Part shown: piece by piece, positions 1-10,588 of the stretch
Layout: every line of letters begins with the position of its first letter
Position numbering within the stretch: the stretch's first letter is position 1
Assembly: GCF_006345805.1 (NCBI RefSeq)
Contig: NW_021824628.1
Coordinates: 1-17,918, forward strand
Source of the DNA: Octopus sinensis
Lineage: Eukaryota
DNA length: 17,918 nt
Direction: 5' to 3'
The notes under the pieces: model-generated
The model's input: the letters and a program-made list of their open reading frames with translations, nothing else
The model's database searches: none
What the model was told of the DNA's origin: nothing
Translations under genes and position numbers: made by a program

Positions 1-267
1 TTTTTGTTTCTTCTAAATTTTATTTACTTTTCAGCCTCGTTTTCCATTTACTGTTGATGTGGCGACGACGGCAACGGCGGCGGTGGTGGCTGCAGTGGTC
101 ATGCACCTTATTTTCGTTGTTGTTGCTGCTGCTGCTGTTTTGTGTGGGTGTTTGTTCTCGTTCTTGTAGTCATTGTCTTACCGACTTTATTTTTCCGGAG
201 CTGAGACAACTAAGTCAACTTTTTAAAATCTTTTTTTTACGTAATAAATTCTTGCTGCTGGTGTTAA

Positions 268-600
268 CTACTACTACTACTATTACTACTACTACTATTA
301 TTACTACTACTACTACTACTACTACTATTACTACTACTATTATTACTACTATTACTACTACTACTATTATTACTACTACTACTACTACTACTATTATTAC
401 TACTACTACTACTACTATTTACTCTACTACTACTATTACTACTACTGCTGCAGCTGCTACTACTACTACTACTACTATTATTACTACCAACTACTACTAC
501 TACTACTATTACTACTACTATTACATTACACTATTAGTACTACAACTACCACACTATTACAACTACTCTTACTACCACTGCAGCTGCCCCTCCTCCTACT
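268..600. repeat. (ACT/ATT)n trinucleotide microsatellite
   Basis: Long imperfect ACTACT/ATTACT run. Confidence 0.95.
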
Positions 601-602
601 AG

Positions 603-1209
603 ACACTACAACTATTACTATTACACCTACCAACATCACCATAACCACCACCACCACTACTACTACTAACACTAACACCACTACTACTTCTACAATTGCC
701 ATAACCACCACCACCACTACTTCTACTAACACTAACACCACTACTACTTCTACAATTGCCATAACCACCACCACCACCACCACCAGGACAACAACTACAA
801 CCACCACCACATCCATCACAACCGCCACAACCACCACCACCACCACCACCACCACCACATCCATCACAACTTCCACAACCCCAACCACCATCACCACCAC
901 CACCACAACCACCACCGCCACCACCATAACCTCCATCACAGCTACAAGCATCACAGCCACCGCCACCCTCACAACTCACCCCACCACCATCACCACCACC
1001 AAACAACTACAACCACCACCACATCCATCACAACTGCCACAACCATCACCACCACCACATCCATCACAACTGCCACAACCCCAACCACCATCACCACCAC
1101 CACTACCACAACTGCCACCACCACCATAACCTCCACCACAACTACAAGCATCACAACCACCACCACCCTCACAACTCACCCCACCCACCACCACCACCAC
1201 CACCACCAC
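603..1209. repeat. ACC/ACA-rich compound minisatellite with internal 60-bp and ~210-bp duplications
   Basis: 60-bp unit at 641-700 and 701-760 (1 mismatch); block ~790-1000 recurs at ~1003-1209 (e.g. ACAAGCATCACA...CCCTCACAACTCACCCCACC in both). Confidence 0.9.
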
Positions 1210-1428
1210 TGTAAGTCACTATATTCTACTTGGTGACAAGGAAGGGGCAGTGTCCACTTATTAAAATCTTGACATTCGTCCCCTTTGTCTTCTGGACAAA
1301 TCTTACTCAAAGAAGATGTTGGGAGCGGAGCCTGGAGACAGCAGAAGGGCAGGGGTGAAATAGTGCTCGTATACTCTGCGTGTGTTGTGTGTGTGTGTGT
1401 GTGTGTATAATGTACTGCTTATGTTATG

Positions 1429-1592
1429 GGCCCAGGCGTGGCTGTGGGATGAACATGTTTGCTTTCCAGCCAAATGTTCTCCAGTTCAGTCCCACATGCT
1501 TGGCACCTTGAGCAAGTGTCTTCTAGTACTGCACGAGGCCAACCAAAGCTTTGTGAATGGATTTTGTAGTCGGAAACTGAAAGAAGCCCATC
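1429..1592 (+). mobile_element. SINE family A, diverged 5' fragment
   Basis: Aligns by eye with 2667-2815 (GTTCAGTCCCAC...GGCACCTTGAGCAAGTGTCTTCT...GGAAACTGAAAGAAGCCC). Confidence 0.85.
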
Positions 1593-1638
1593 ATACACAC
1601 CACACACACTAAGCCATGTGTGTGTGTGAGAGTGTATA

Positions 1639-1780
1639 TCTAATATATGAATGGCAATTCCTGTCTGTCTGTTACCATCTTAGTGCCTAAACTAGCAAAC
1701 TAATATTCATGAAACTTCACATACATGTTACACTAACATCCAGTTCAATAACAGATTAATTGGCTTTCAATAAAAATCTA
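1639..1780 (+). mobile_element. Possible non-autonomous Helitron-like 5' end fragment
   Basis: A|TCTAATATAT start followed by CTGTCTGTCTGT, a layout common at 5' ends of animal non-autonomous Helitrons; no matching 3' end found and right boundary arbitrary. Confidence 0.3.
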
Positions 1781-2308
1781 TAATGTGCCCCCCCCCCAAG
1801 GCGTTGGGTGAATTATATGATAAAATGAGAGGTTGCAAAAAGTATTAGTTGGAGGAAAAGGTAGTAGTAGAGTGAGGGTGACTTATATCAGTGAAGGTGA
1901 GAACAGCAGTGGCAATGGGATAATAACATTAATACAGCTGTCATATACATCTGACGCTGGATACATACTTTCGTAAATACTTAGATACAATACTCACACA
2001 CATGCACACACACATACAGAGAAAAAGGTGGATGTGAGGAATATGCAGCTTTAAGGAGAGAGGGAGTAGATGGCTTTTCTGCTGTCCATCTCAAAGAAAC
2101 ACTCACACACAGACACACACATACATATATACATGGTGTTGACTATACACCATTTTAAACTCGTGACTACCTGTATGTACATTTGAAATTTGTGTGTGTG
2201 TGTGAGAGAGACATCCTATAACTTTGTATCTCTCTACTTTTGTAGGATCTTCCCTGGAGCTGTTACACTGTGAGATTAAAAAATTTTGTCATAATTTTCA
2301 AATTTGGT

Positions 2309-2584
2309 ATCATCATCATCATCATCAACATTTAATATCCCCTTTCCATGCTGGGATGGGTTGGACGGTTTGACTGGGGTCTGGGAAGCCAGAAGGCTGC
2401 ACCAGGCTCCAGTCTGATCTTGCAGTGTTTCTACAGCTGGACGCCCTTCCTAATGCCAACCACTCCAAGAGTGTAGTGGGTGCTTTTTTATGTGCCACCG
2501 GCACAGGGGCCAGAGAGGGCTGGCATTGACTATGATCAGATGGTGGTTTTTTACGTGCCACCAGCACAGAAGTCAGTCAAGGTG
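2309..2584 (-). mobile_element. SINE-like family C with (GAT)n 3' tail, left part; interrupted by tRNA+SINE A, resumes at 3039-~3070
   Basis: Homologous to 11005-11509 (CTTTCCATGCT...GGGTTGGACG...CTACAGCTGGA.GCCCTTCCTAATGCCAACCACTCC...); CAT repeats at 2309-2326 read as a GAT tail on the minus strand. Confidence 0.85.
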
Positions 2585-2585
2585 C

Positions 2586-2657
2586 GGCTCGTTGGTCTAG
2601 GGGTATGATTCTCGCTTTGGGTGCGAGAGGTCCCGGGTTCCAATCCCGGACGAGCCC
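2586..2657 (+). tRNA. trnP-TGG: tRNA-Pro(TGG) gene or retro-copy, 72 nt, one T-loop substitution
   Basis: GGCTCGTTGGTCTAGGGGTATGATTCTCGCTTTGGGTGCGAGAGGTCCCGGGTTCCAATCCCGGACGAGCCC. Acceptor stem GGCTCGT/ACGAGCC; anticodon arm CTCGC-TT-TGG-GT-GCGAG (TGG at 2618-2620); T arm CCGGG-TTCCAAT-CCCGG. Matches the conserved metazoan tRNA-Pro except TTCCAAT for TTCAAAT. Only TTT follows (2663-2665), so no immediate T4 terminator. Confidence 0.95.
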
Positions 2658-2666
2658 ATAAATTTC

Positions 2667-3038
2667 AGGCGCAGGAGTGGCTATGTGGCTTGCTAACCAG
2701 CCACATGGTTCAGTCCCACTGCGTGGCATCTTGGGCAAGTATCTTCTGCTATAGCCTCGGGCCGACCAATGCCTTGTGAGTGGATTTGGTAGACGGAAAC
2801 TGAAAGAAGCCTGTCGAATATATGTATGTGTGTGTGTGTGTGTCTGTGTTTTGTCCCCCTAGCATTGCTTGACAACCGATGCTGTGTGTTTACGTCCCCG
2901 TCACTTAGCGGTTCGGCAAAAGAGACCGATAGAATAAGACTACTGGCTTACAAAAGAATAGTCCCCGGTCGATTTGCTCGACTAAAGCGGTGCTCCAGCA
3001 TGGCCACAGTCAAATGACTGAAACAGTAAAAGGAGTAA
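2667..3038 (+). mobile_element. tRNA-derived SINE family A, near full length (CORE-like central segment)
   Basis: A-box TGGCTATGTGG, B-box-like GGTTCAGTCC, CORE-like CTTGGGCAAGT segment, internal (TG)n, AGTAAAAGGAGT tail; homologous to 16668-17104 and 17448-17849. Confidence 0.92.
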
Positions 3039-3140
3039 GTGGCACTGGTATTGGCCACGTTTGAAATAATTTTCCAGTTAAATCCAATTTGTTTTTTATT
3101 TGTTCCTAGCATCCAGCTGAATTATAGGTAGGGAAAAGAG

Positions 3141-3296
3141 TACTCAAATACCAGAGGTAGAGTAATATGCTTTATTTAAAAGCAGCAGAAATATAACAAA
3201 AGCTGATACTCAGAGTTTCACGTTCCGATGAATGGTAACTTGAAACTCTGAGTAACAGCTTTTGTTATATTTCTGCTGCTTTTAAATAAAGTATAT
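3141..3296. mobile_element. Inverted duplication (56-bp arms) of a putative Penelope-like terminal segment with a hammerhead-like motif
   Basis: Arms 3165-3220 and 3241-3296 are reverse complements with 2 mismatches; CCGATGA...GAAA-CTCTGAGT-A motif at 3225-3254. The inverted repeat is certain; the Penelope assignment is inferred. Confidence 0.65.
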
Positions 3297-3343
3297 ATAT
3301 GTATGTATATATATGTGCTTACTCCGATATATTAATATATATA

Positions 3344-3559
3344 TATTTCTTTACTACCCACAAGGGGCTAAACACAGAGGGGACAAACAAGGACAGACAA
3401 ACGGATCAAGTCGATTACATCGACCCCAGTGCGCAACTGGTACTTAATTTATCGACCCCGAAAGGATGAAAGGTAAAGTCGACCTCGGCGGAATTTGAAC
3501 TCAGAACGTAACAGCAGACGAAATACGGCTACGCATTTCGCCTGGCGTGCTAACGTTTC
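3344..3559 (-). mobile_element. tRNA-derived SINE family B1, lacking the extreme 5' end
   Basis: Reverse complement aligns with 4652-4883 and 14224-14455. Confidence 0.92.
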
Positions 3560-3576
3560 ATGTAGTAACAACAATA

Positions 3577-3645
3577 TTAAGTACCAGTCAAGAACTGGGG
3601 TCAATGTGATTGGCTGTCCTCTCCCGCTAAATTTCTGGCCTTGTG
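3577..3645 (+). mobile_element. SINE family B2 3' fragment
   Basis: TTAAGTACCAGT...GGGGTCAATGTGAT...AAATTTCTGGCCTTGTG matches ~11568-11636. Confidence 0.7.
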
Positions 3646-4077
3646 GTAGTAGTAGTTGTAGTAGCAGCAGCAATATTGTCATCATCATCATCATTTTTAT
3701 TTTATTATTATTATTATTATTAGTGGTGGTGGTGGTGGTGGTGGGTGGTGGTGGTGGTGCTGGGCTATAGGTTGGGGAATGAGCAGAAGCAATGAGAAGG
3801 AGAGAAGGAGAGGAACGGTGGGGGTAGTCAAACTTAGCCACTGAAGAATCAAACCCATCAATTTGAAAGAAAATGTTTAAAAAAAAAAGTATTTCCCCAC
3901 TCCCACCCACCCACACCACGCCACCCTGACCCTCTCCTGCTTTCCCCCACTCTCGCCCTACTCACTTCGCTGTCTTCCAAGAATTGTGTCCTGTATGTCA
4001 CCGGTCTCAGAGTTGGGTGACGTCATCCTCAGTAAATGTATATCACACAATACCAGCCTTAGAATTTGATGGCATTG

Positions 4078-4078
<1 letters not shown>

Positions 4079-4138
<60 letters not shown>

Positions 4139-4327
4139 TACATACATACATACACATACATACATACATACATACACACACATACATACACACACATACA
4201 TACATATATACATACATACATATATACATACATATATACATATACACACACACACACACACATACATACATACATACATACATACACACACATACATACA
4301 TATATACATACATACATACACACACAC

Positions 4328-4360
<33 letters not shown>

Positions 4361-4399
4361 TACATACACATACATACATATATACATACATACATATAT

Positions 4400-4430
<31 letters not shown>

Positions 4431-4471
4431 TACATACATACACACACATACATATATACATACATACATAT

Positions 4472-4502
<31 letters not shown>

Positions 4503-4648
4503 TACATACATACATACATACATACACACACATACATACATATATACATACATACATACACATACACACACACACACATACATACATACATACATAATAC
4601 ATACATACATACATATATATATAATATATATATATACATATATATGTA
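4079..4648. repeat. (CATA)n/(CA)n/(TA)n compound microsatellite
   Basis: Direct inspection; source of the YIHT/VCMY ORFs. Confidence 0.97.
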
Positions 4649-4651
4649 ATT

Positions 4652-4883
4652 AAGGCGGCGAGCTGGCAGAATCGTTAGCACGCTGGATGAAATTCTTAGC
4701 GGTATTTCGTCTGCCGCTACATTCTGAGTTCAATTCCGCCAAGGTCGACTTTGCCTTTTATCCTTTCGGGGTCGATAAATTAAGTACCAGTTGCGCACTG
4801 GGGTCGATGTAATCGACTTAATCATTTGTCTCTCTTTGTTTGTCCCCTCTGTGCTTAGCCCCCTTGTGGGCAATAAAGAAATA
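4652..4883 (+). mobile_element. tRNA-derived SINE family B1, full length
   Basis: AAGGCGGCGAGCTGGCAGAATCGTTAGCA head, GAGTTCAATTCC B-box, GTCGACTTTGCCTTTTATCCTTTCGGGGTCGATAAATTAAGTACCAG body, AATAAAGAAATA tail; three further B1 copies in window. Confidence 0.93.
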
Positions 4884-4884
4884 T

Positions 4885-4976
4885 ACTATTACAACTACTA
4901 CTACTACTACTACTACTGCTACTACTACTACTACTACTACTGCTACTACTACTACTACTACTGCTACTACTACTAC
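4885..4976. repeat. (ACT)n microsatellite
   Basis: Direct inspection; begins at the SINE B1 tail. Confidence 0.95.
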
Positions 4977-5097
4977 AGCCTCTGCCACGCCACCACTCTA
5001 CTGGGCCTGGCGTCCTCACCGCCCTGCTTCTTTACTTTAATTTTGCCTTTTTGCACCAATCTGCACAAGGAGACAGTGCTACCACACTAACATTAAA

Positions 5098-5590
5098 CAA
5101 TCACCACCACTACCACCACAACCATCACCGCAACAACCACCACCATAACCACCACAACCACCACAGCCACTACAACCACCACAGCCACTACAACCACCAC
5201 AGCCACCACAACCACCACTATCACCACAACCATCACCACAACAACCACCACCACTACCACCACAACCATCACCACAACAACCACCACAGCCACTACAACC
5301 ACCACAGCCACTACAACCACCACAGCCACTACCACCACCACAGCCACCACAACCACCACAACCACCACCACCACTACCACCACAACCATCACCACAACAA
5401 CCACCACCATAACCACCACAGCCACTACAACCACCACAGCCACCACAACCACCACTATCACCACAACCATCACCACAACAACCACCACCAATACCACCAC
5501 AGCCATCACCACAACCACAACCACCACAGCCACCATAACCACCACAACCACCACAGCCACTACAACCACCACAACCATCACCTCCACACC
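5098..5590. repeat. ACC/AAC/AGCC-rich minisatellite (18-bp-type units such as ACAACCACCACAGCCACT)
   Basis: Direct inspection; source of His/Asn and Gly/Cys ORFs. Confidence 0.93.
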
Positions 5591-5744
5591 CTACATGACC
5601 ATCACCATTGAAATGATGACAATGGACTGTCACCAAGAGCACCTACCATCATCTGTACTACTGCTACAACAACCAACTACTACTAATAGTAATAACGATG
5701 ATGGTGATGATGACGGTGATGATTTCTTTTGTAATAATAATAAT

Positions 5745-6285
5745 GAAGAAGGAGGAGGAGGAGGAAGAGAAGAAGAAGAAAGAGGAGGAGGAGGAGGATA
5801 AGAAGAAGAATTGGAAGAAGAAGAAGAAGAAGAAGAAGAAGAAGAAGAAGAAGAAGAAAGAGGAGGCGGAGGATAAGAAGAAGAATTGGAGGAAGAAGAA
5901 GAATTGGAGGAAGAAGAAGAAGAAGAATAAGAAGAAGAAGCGGAAGAAGAAGAAGAAAAAGAAGAAAAAGAAGAAGGAAAAGAAGAAGAAGAAGAAGAAG
6001 AAGAAGAAGAAGAAGAACAAAAGAAGAAGAAAAAGAAGAAGAAGAAGAAGAAGGAGAAGAAGAAGAAGAAGGAAAAGAAGAAGGAGAAGAAGAAGAAGGA
6101 AAAGAAGAAGGAGAAGAAGAAGAAGAAGGAGAAGAAGAAGGAAAAGAAGGAGAAGAAGAAGGAAAAGAAGAAGAAGAAGGAAAAGAAGAAGGAGAAGAAG
6201 GAAAAGAAGAAGAAGGAGAAGAACAAGAAGAAGAAAAAGAAGGAGAAGAAGGAAAAGAAGGAGAAAAAGAAGGTGAAGAAGAAGA
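5745..6285. repeat. (GAA/GGA)n polypurine tract, ~540 bp
   Basis: Almost exclusively A/G on the + strand. Confidence 0.97.
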
Positions 6286-6482
6286 TGATGATGGTGATGA
6301 TGATGATGATGACAGTGTCCATGAGGAACCCCCTCCCCTCCCCCCCCGCTGCCCCTCTGACATCACCATTTCCACTGTCACTGATGCATGCTCCATCTTT
6401 CACTTGCCTAACACACAGGACCATCACCATTGAAACAATGACAAGGATGACAATGGTTGCCAAACTTTGAGGACACTACCAG

Positions 6483-6519
6483 CCACCACCACCACCACCA
6501 CCACCACCACCACCACCAC

Positions 6520-6582
<63 letters not shown>
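6483..6582. repeat. (ACC)n(AAC)n compound microsatellite
   Basis: Direct inspection. Confidence 0.95.
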
Positions 6583-6583
<1 letters not shown>

Positions 6584-7124
6584 GAGGGATATCACAATAA
6601 CTTGCCACAAGGGCTCATGGTCACTATGACAGCAACTAGTCATCACCATCACCATCAAGCCATCGCCACCACCACCACCACCACCACCACCAACCTTACT
6701 CATTATTATCCCCCTTGCTCCCTACAAAGAGGGATCCAGCTCTCTCTCTCCTCTCTCTCCCTTTTGCCCTCTCTCTCCCTTTTGCCCTCTCTCTCTCTCA
6801 CACACATACACACACATCCAGAAACATACATATACACACTCATATACATATAAACACACACACACACACACACAGAAAGAGCCCCCCCCTGTATTGTGTA
6901 CACACAAAATAACTACCAACCCCCCACAGACAGTGTACAATAGGGGTCAGACACACACACACACAAGCAGACCCACCACCACCACATAAAAAAAAAAAAA
7001 CAGTCAAACCCTTAAACTGTATCCTTTCTCTTGCCCCTGCTATAAATGGAACCCCTACGAGGTAATTCAATCTGCTAAATATACCAGCTAAAACTTCCTC
7101 AAACTACACACCTCTCATCTCCTA

Positions 7125-8020
7125 AAACAGGACACTTTAAATAATGTAGTCCTAGATGCCCAATGTCTGAATTGAAGGCAGGATGGCCACAACTGGAACA
7201 TCTGTGATCATAGATCTGCAGGATCAGGACTGACCTGGGGCTAAACAACAACATCAACAAAGATGGACACTTTAGATGATGTAGTCCTAGATACACTTAA
7301 GTTTGAACAGATAACAAGATGATCATCACTGGAGCACTTTTGATTATAGGCCTGCTGGATCAGGGCTGGCCTGGGGCTAAATAAGAAAAACAACAACAAC
7401 AACAAGGAAGGGCACATTAGATTCTGTTGTCCTAGGTACACGATGTTTGGATAAAAGACAAGGTGGTCACAACTGGAACCTCTTTGATGATGGGCTTCCT
7501 GGATCTGGACTGACCTGGGGTTAAACAGCAACAAGGGAGATGAAAAAATTTAGTCTTAGATACACTACGTCTAAATAAAAGGCAGGATGATCACAGCTGG
7601 AACGTCTTTGATCACAGGTCTGCTGGAGCTGGACTAACCTAGGGTTAAACAGCAACAAGGAAGTGTACAAATGTAGTCTTAGATACACTACATTTAAATA
7701 AAAGGCAGGATGGTCACAGCCGGAACGTCTTTGATCATAGGTCTGCTGGATCAGGACTGACCAGGGGTTAAACAGCAAGAAGGAAGGGTACAAATGTAGT
7801 CTTACACTATGTGTAAATAAAAGGAAGGATGGTCACAGCTGGAACGTCTTTGATCATAGATCTGCTGGATCTGGACTGACCTGGGGTTAAACATAAAGGA
7901 AGGGTACAAATGTACTCTTACACTATGTTTAACTAAAAGGCAGGATGGTCACAGCTGGAACGTCTTTGATCATAGGTCTGCTGGATCTGGACTGACCCGG
8001 GGTTAAACAACAACAACAGG
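7125..8020. repeat. Family D tandem array 1: 7 units of ~116-144 bp
   Basis: Marker C(T/A/C)(G/A)GGG(C/T)TAAA at about 7235, 7371, 7515, 7639, 7762, 7881, 7997; shared GGATGGTCACAGCTGGAACGTCTTTGATCATAGGTCTGCTGGATC. Confidence 0.93.
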
Positions 8021-8510
8021 GACAATCACCTCCTGCCCACCCAACTTTAAGAAAGATACCTATCCCCTTCCACAACCACCACAGCAATACATATCCACCC
8101 TTTTCTCTCATCCTATACCGACCCACTCTCAATCCACCCTGAATACCCCATACATTGGTTGTTGGCCCTATTGTTGTACCCTGCTGTGTATCCTTTGCAC
8201 CCTAACATCTCAAGTACCCCCTGCCCTGCCCATTCCCTAACCTTGTTCTCTCCCCCCCACTCCGCAGTAAATATTAAACTTACCTCCAGTGGTGGTGGTG
8301 GTGGTAGAGGTGGTGATGGTGGGGGATTCACACTTACTCTCTCTCTCTCTCTCTTACACACACAACACTCACCCACCCGCCACCCAGACACTGTTCTAAT
8401 TTCATCTCCCATCACCTGCCAATTGTTTGATGAGTGTGTGTGTATACACATACATATCTAGATCTACATATGTATCTATCTGTCTGTCTATGAGTGTGTG
8501 TATATGTATT

Positions 8511-8733
8511 TCAAAATGCGACCTTGTGTGTAGTGTGTACCGTTGGCGATTTTTTTTCTTCTGTCTTCCCTTCTCTGGATCTTTCCTTCTCCTACGTTTC
8601 CGACGAAGAGCTGCGCTTGAAACGTTAAACCCTCCTTCTTTCCTTCTTTCCTGAGCGTCCAATAATACTATATTTGTTCCACATCCTCGCGTTGTTGTGT
8701 TTTTTGTGCTTTCTTGTTTGGATTAACTTTAAC
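8511..8733 (+). mobile_element. Putative Penelope-like terminal-repeat fragment abutting TA microsatellite
   Basis: Complex sequence between microsatellites containing the hammerhead-like motif at 8596-8630; boundaries approximate. Confidence 0.5.
8596..8630 (+). ncRNA. Minimal type-I hammerhead-ribozyme-like motif (U4C variant)
   Basis: GTTT-CCGACGA-A-GAGC-TGC-GCTT-GAAA-CG-T-T-AAAC: stem I GTTT/AAAC, stem II GAGC/GCTT, palindromic ACGT stem III. Confidence 0.55.
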
Positions 8734-8807
8734 TATATATATATACACACACACACATATATATACATACATATATATACATATATATACATACATATAT
8801 ATACATA

Positions 8808-8853
<46 letters not shown>

Positions 8854-9019
8854 AATAATATATATACATACATACATATATATACATATATAACATACTA
8901 CATATATATCATATATAACATACATTATATACATATATATATACATAATATATATACATAACATATATATACAGATATAGATATACATACTATATATACA
9001 TACATATATATTATACATA

Positions 9020-9059
<40 letters not shown>

Positions 9060-9452
9060 CATACATATATATATACATACAGTATATATATATATAATAT
9101 ATACATACATATATATCCATACATATATATATATATACATACATATATACATACATATATACATACATAATATATACATATACATATACATATAATACAT
9201 ATATAATACATATATATATAACATACATATATTACATACATATATATATACATAATATAATATACTACATATATATACATATATATATATACATAATATA
9301 TATTACTATATATTACATATATATATACATATACATATACATATATAATACAATATATATATAATATACATATATATATACATAATATATATACATACCA
9401 TATATACATACATTATATATATAATATATATATAAACTACATATATATATAC

Positions 9453-9494
<42 letters not shown>

Positions 9495-9893
9495 CATATA
9501 TATATACATATATATATATATATATTATATATATGTAATATATATGTATGTGTATATATATATATTATATATATATATATATATATGTTATATATATGTA
9601 TGTGTATATATATATGTTATATATATATGTTATATATGTATGTATATATGTATGTATATATATAATGTACTATATATTGTATATGTATATATATATGTAT
9701 ATATATAGTATATGTATATGTATATATATATGTATATATATATGTATATATATATGTATGTAATATATATATGTATATATATATGTATGTATATATATAT
9801 ATGTATATATATATGTATGTATAATATATGTATGTATATATATATATGTATATTATAGTATGTATATGTATATATAATGATATATATAGTATG

Positions 9894-9926
<33 letters not shown>

Positions 9927-9948
9927 TATGTATGTATTATATATGTTG

Positions 9949-10018
<70 letters not shown>

Positions 10019-10023
10019 TATGT

Positions 10024-10094
<71 letters not shown>

Positions 10095-10174
10095 TGTATA
10101 TATATATGTATGTATATATATGTATATATATGTATGTATATATATGTATATATATGTATGTATGTATATATATG

Positions 10175-10226
<52 letters not shown>

Positions 10227-10363
10227 TATGTATATATATGTATGTATATATATGTATATATATGTATGTATATATATATATATATATATATACATACATA
10301 TATATACATATATCTATACCTATATATATACATATACATATATATCTATACCTATATATATAC

Positions 10364-10400
<37 letters not shown>

Positions 10401-10421
10401 TATACATATATATATACATAT
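8733..10421. repeat. ~1.7-kb AT-rich (TA/TATACA/TATATG)n microsatellite
   Basis: Direct inspection; source of Tyr/Ile ORFs. Confidence 0.97.
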
Positions 10422-10588
10422 ATTTTTTATTTAATTTTTGAGAGCAGTCAGGTTCATTTTTAGTATTATCGTTTGTGAGAGCATTTGAGTTTATTTCAGA
10501 TATTCTCATTTTAAAAATCATGTCCGGCTAATCATTGAGAGGCATTGGCGTTGCCTTGGCAGAGGTTTGCAGTCTCTGAGTAATCTTG

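Noticed and set aside
54-602. 182-aa ORF with poly-Thr/poly-Tyr
   Set aside because: Beyond residue ~70 it is a translation of the (ACT)n microsatellite; no domain recognisable.
526-1209. Gly/Cys-rich and poly-Val minus-strand ORFs resembling keratin-associated or shell proteins
   Set aside because: Open in several frames because GGT/TGT repeats lack stops; no gene structure.
3958-4681. Overlapping ~200-aa ORFs (YVCM/HTYI)
   Set aside because: (CATA)n microsatellite translations.
5051-6463. His-rich, Lys/Arg-rich (protamine-like) and Phe/Ser-rich ORFs
   Set aside because: Triplet-repeat artefacts, open on both strands in multiple frames.
7125-8020. Family D arrays as CRISPR or hammerhead/retrozyme repeats
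   Set aside because: Whole units are homologous (no unique spacers), no cas genes, eukaryotic context; no CUGANGA/GAAA core found in the unit.
8668-10521. Tyr/Ile-rich ORFs
   Set aside because: AT microsatellite translations.
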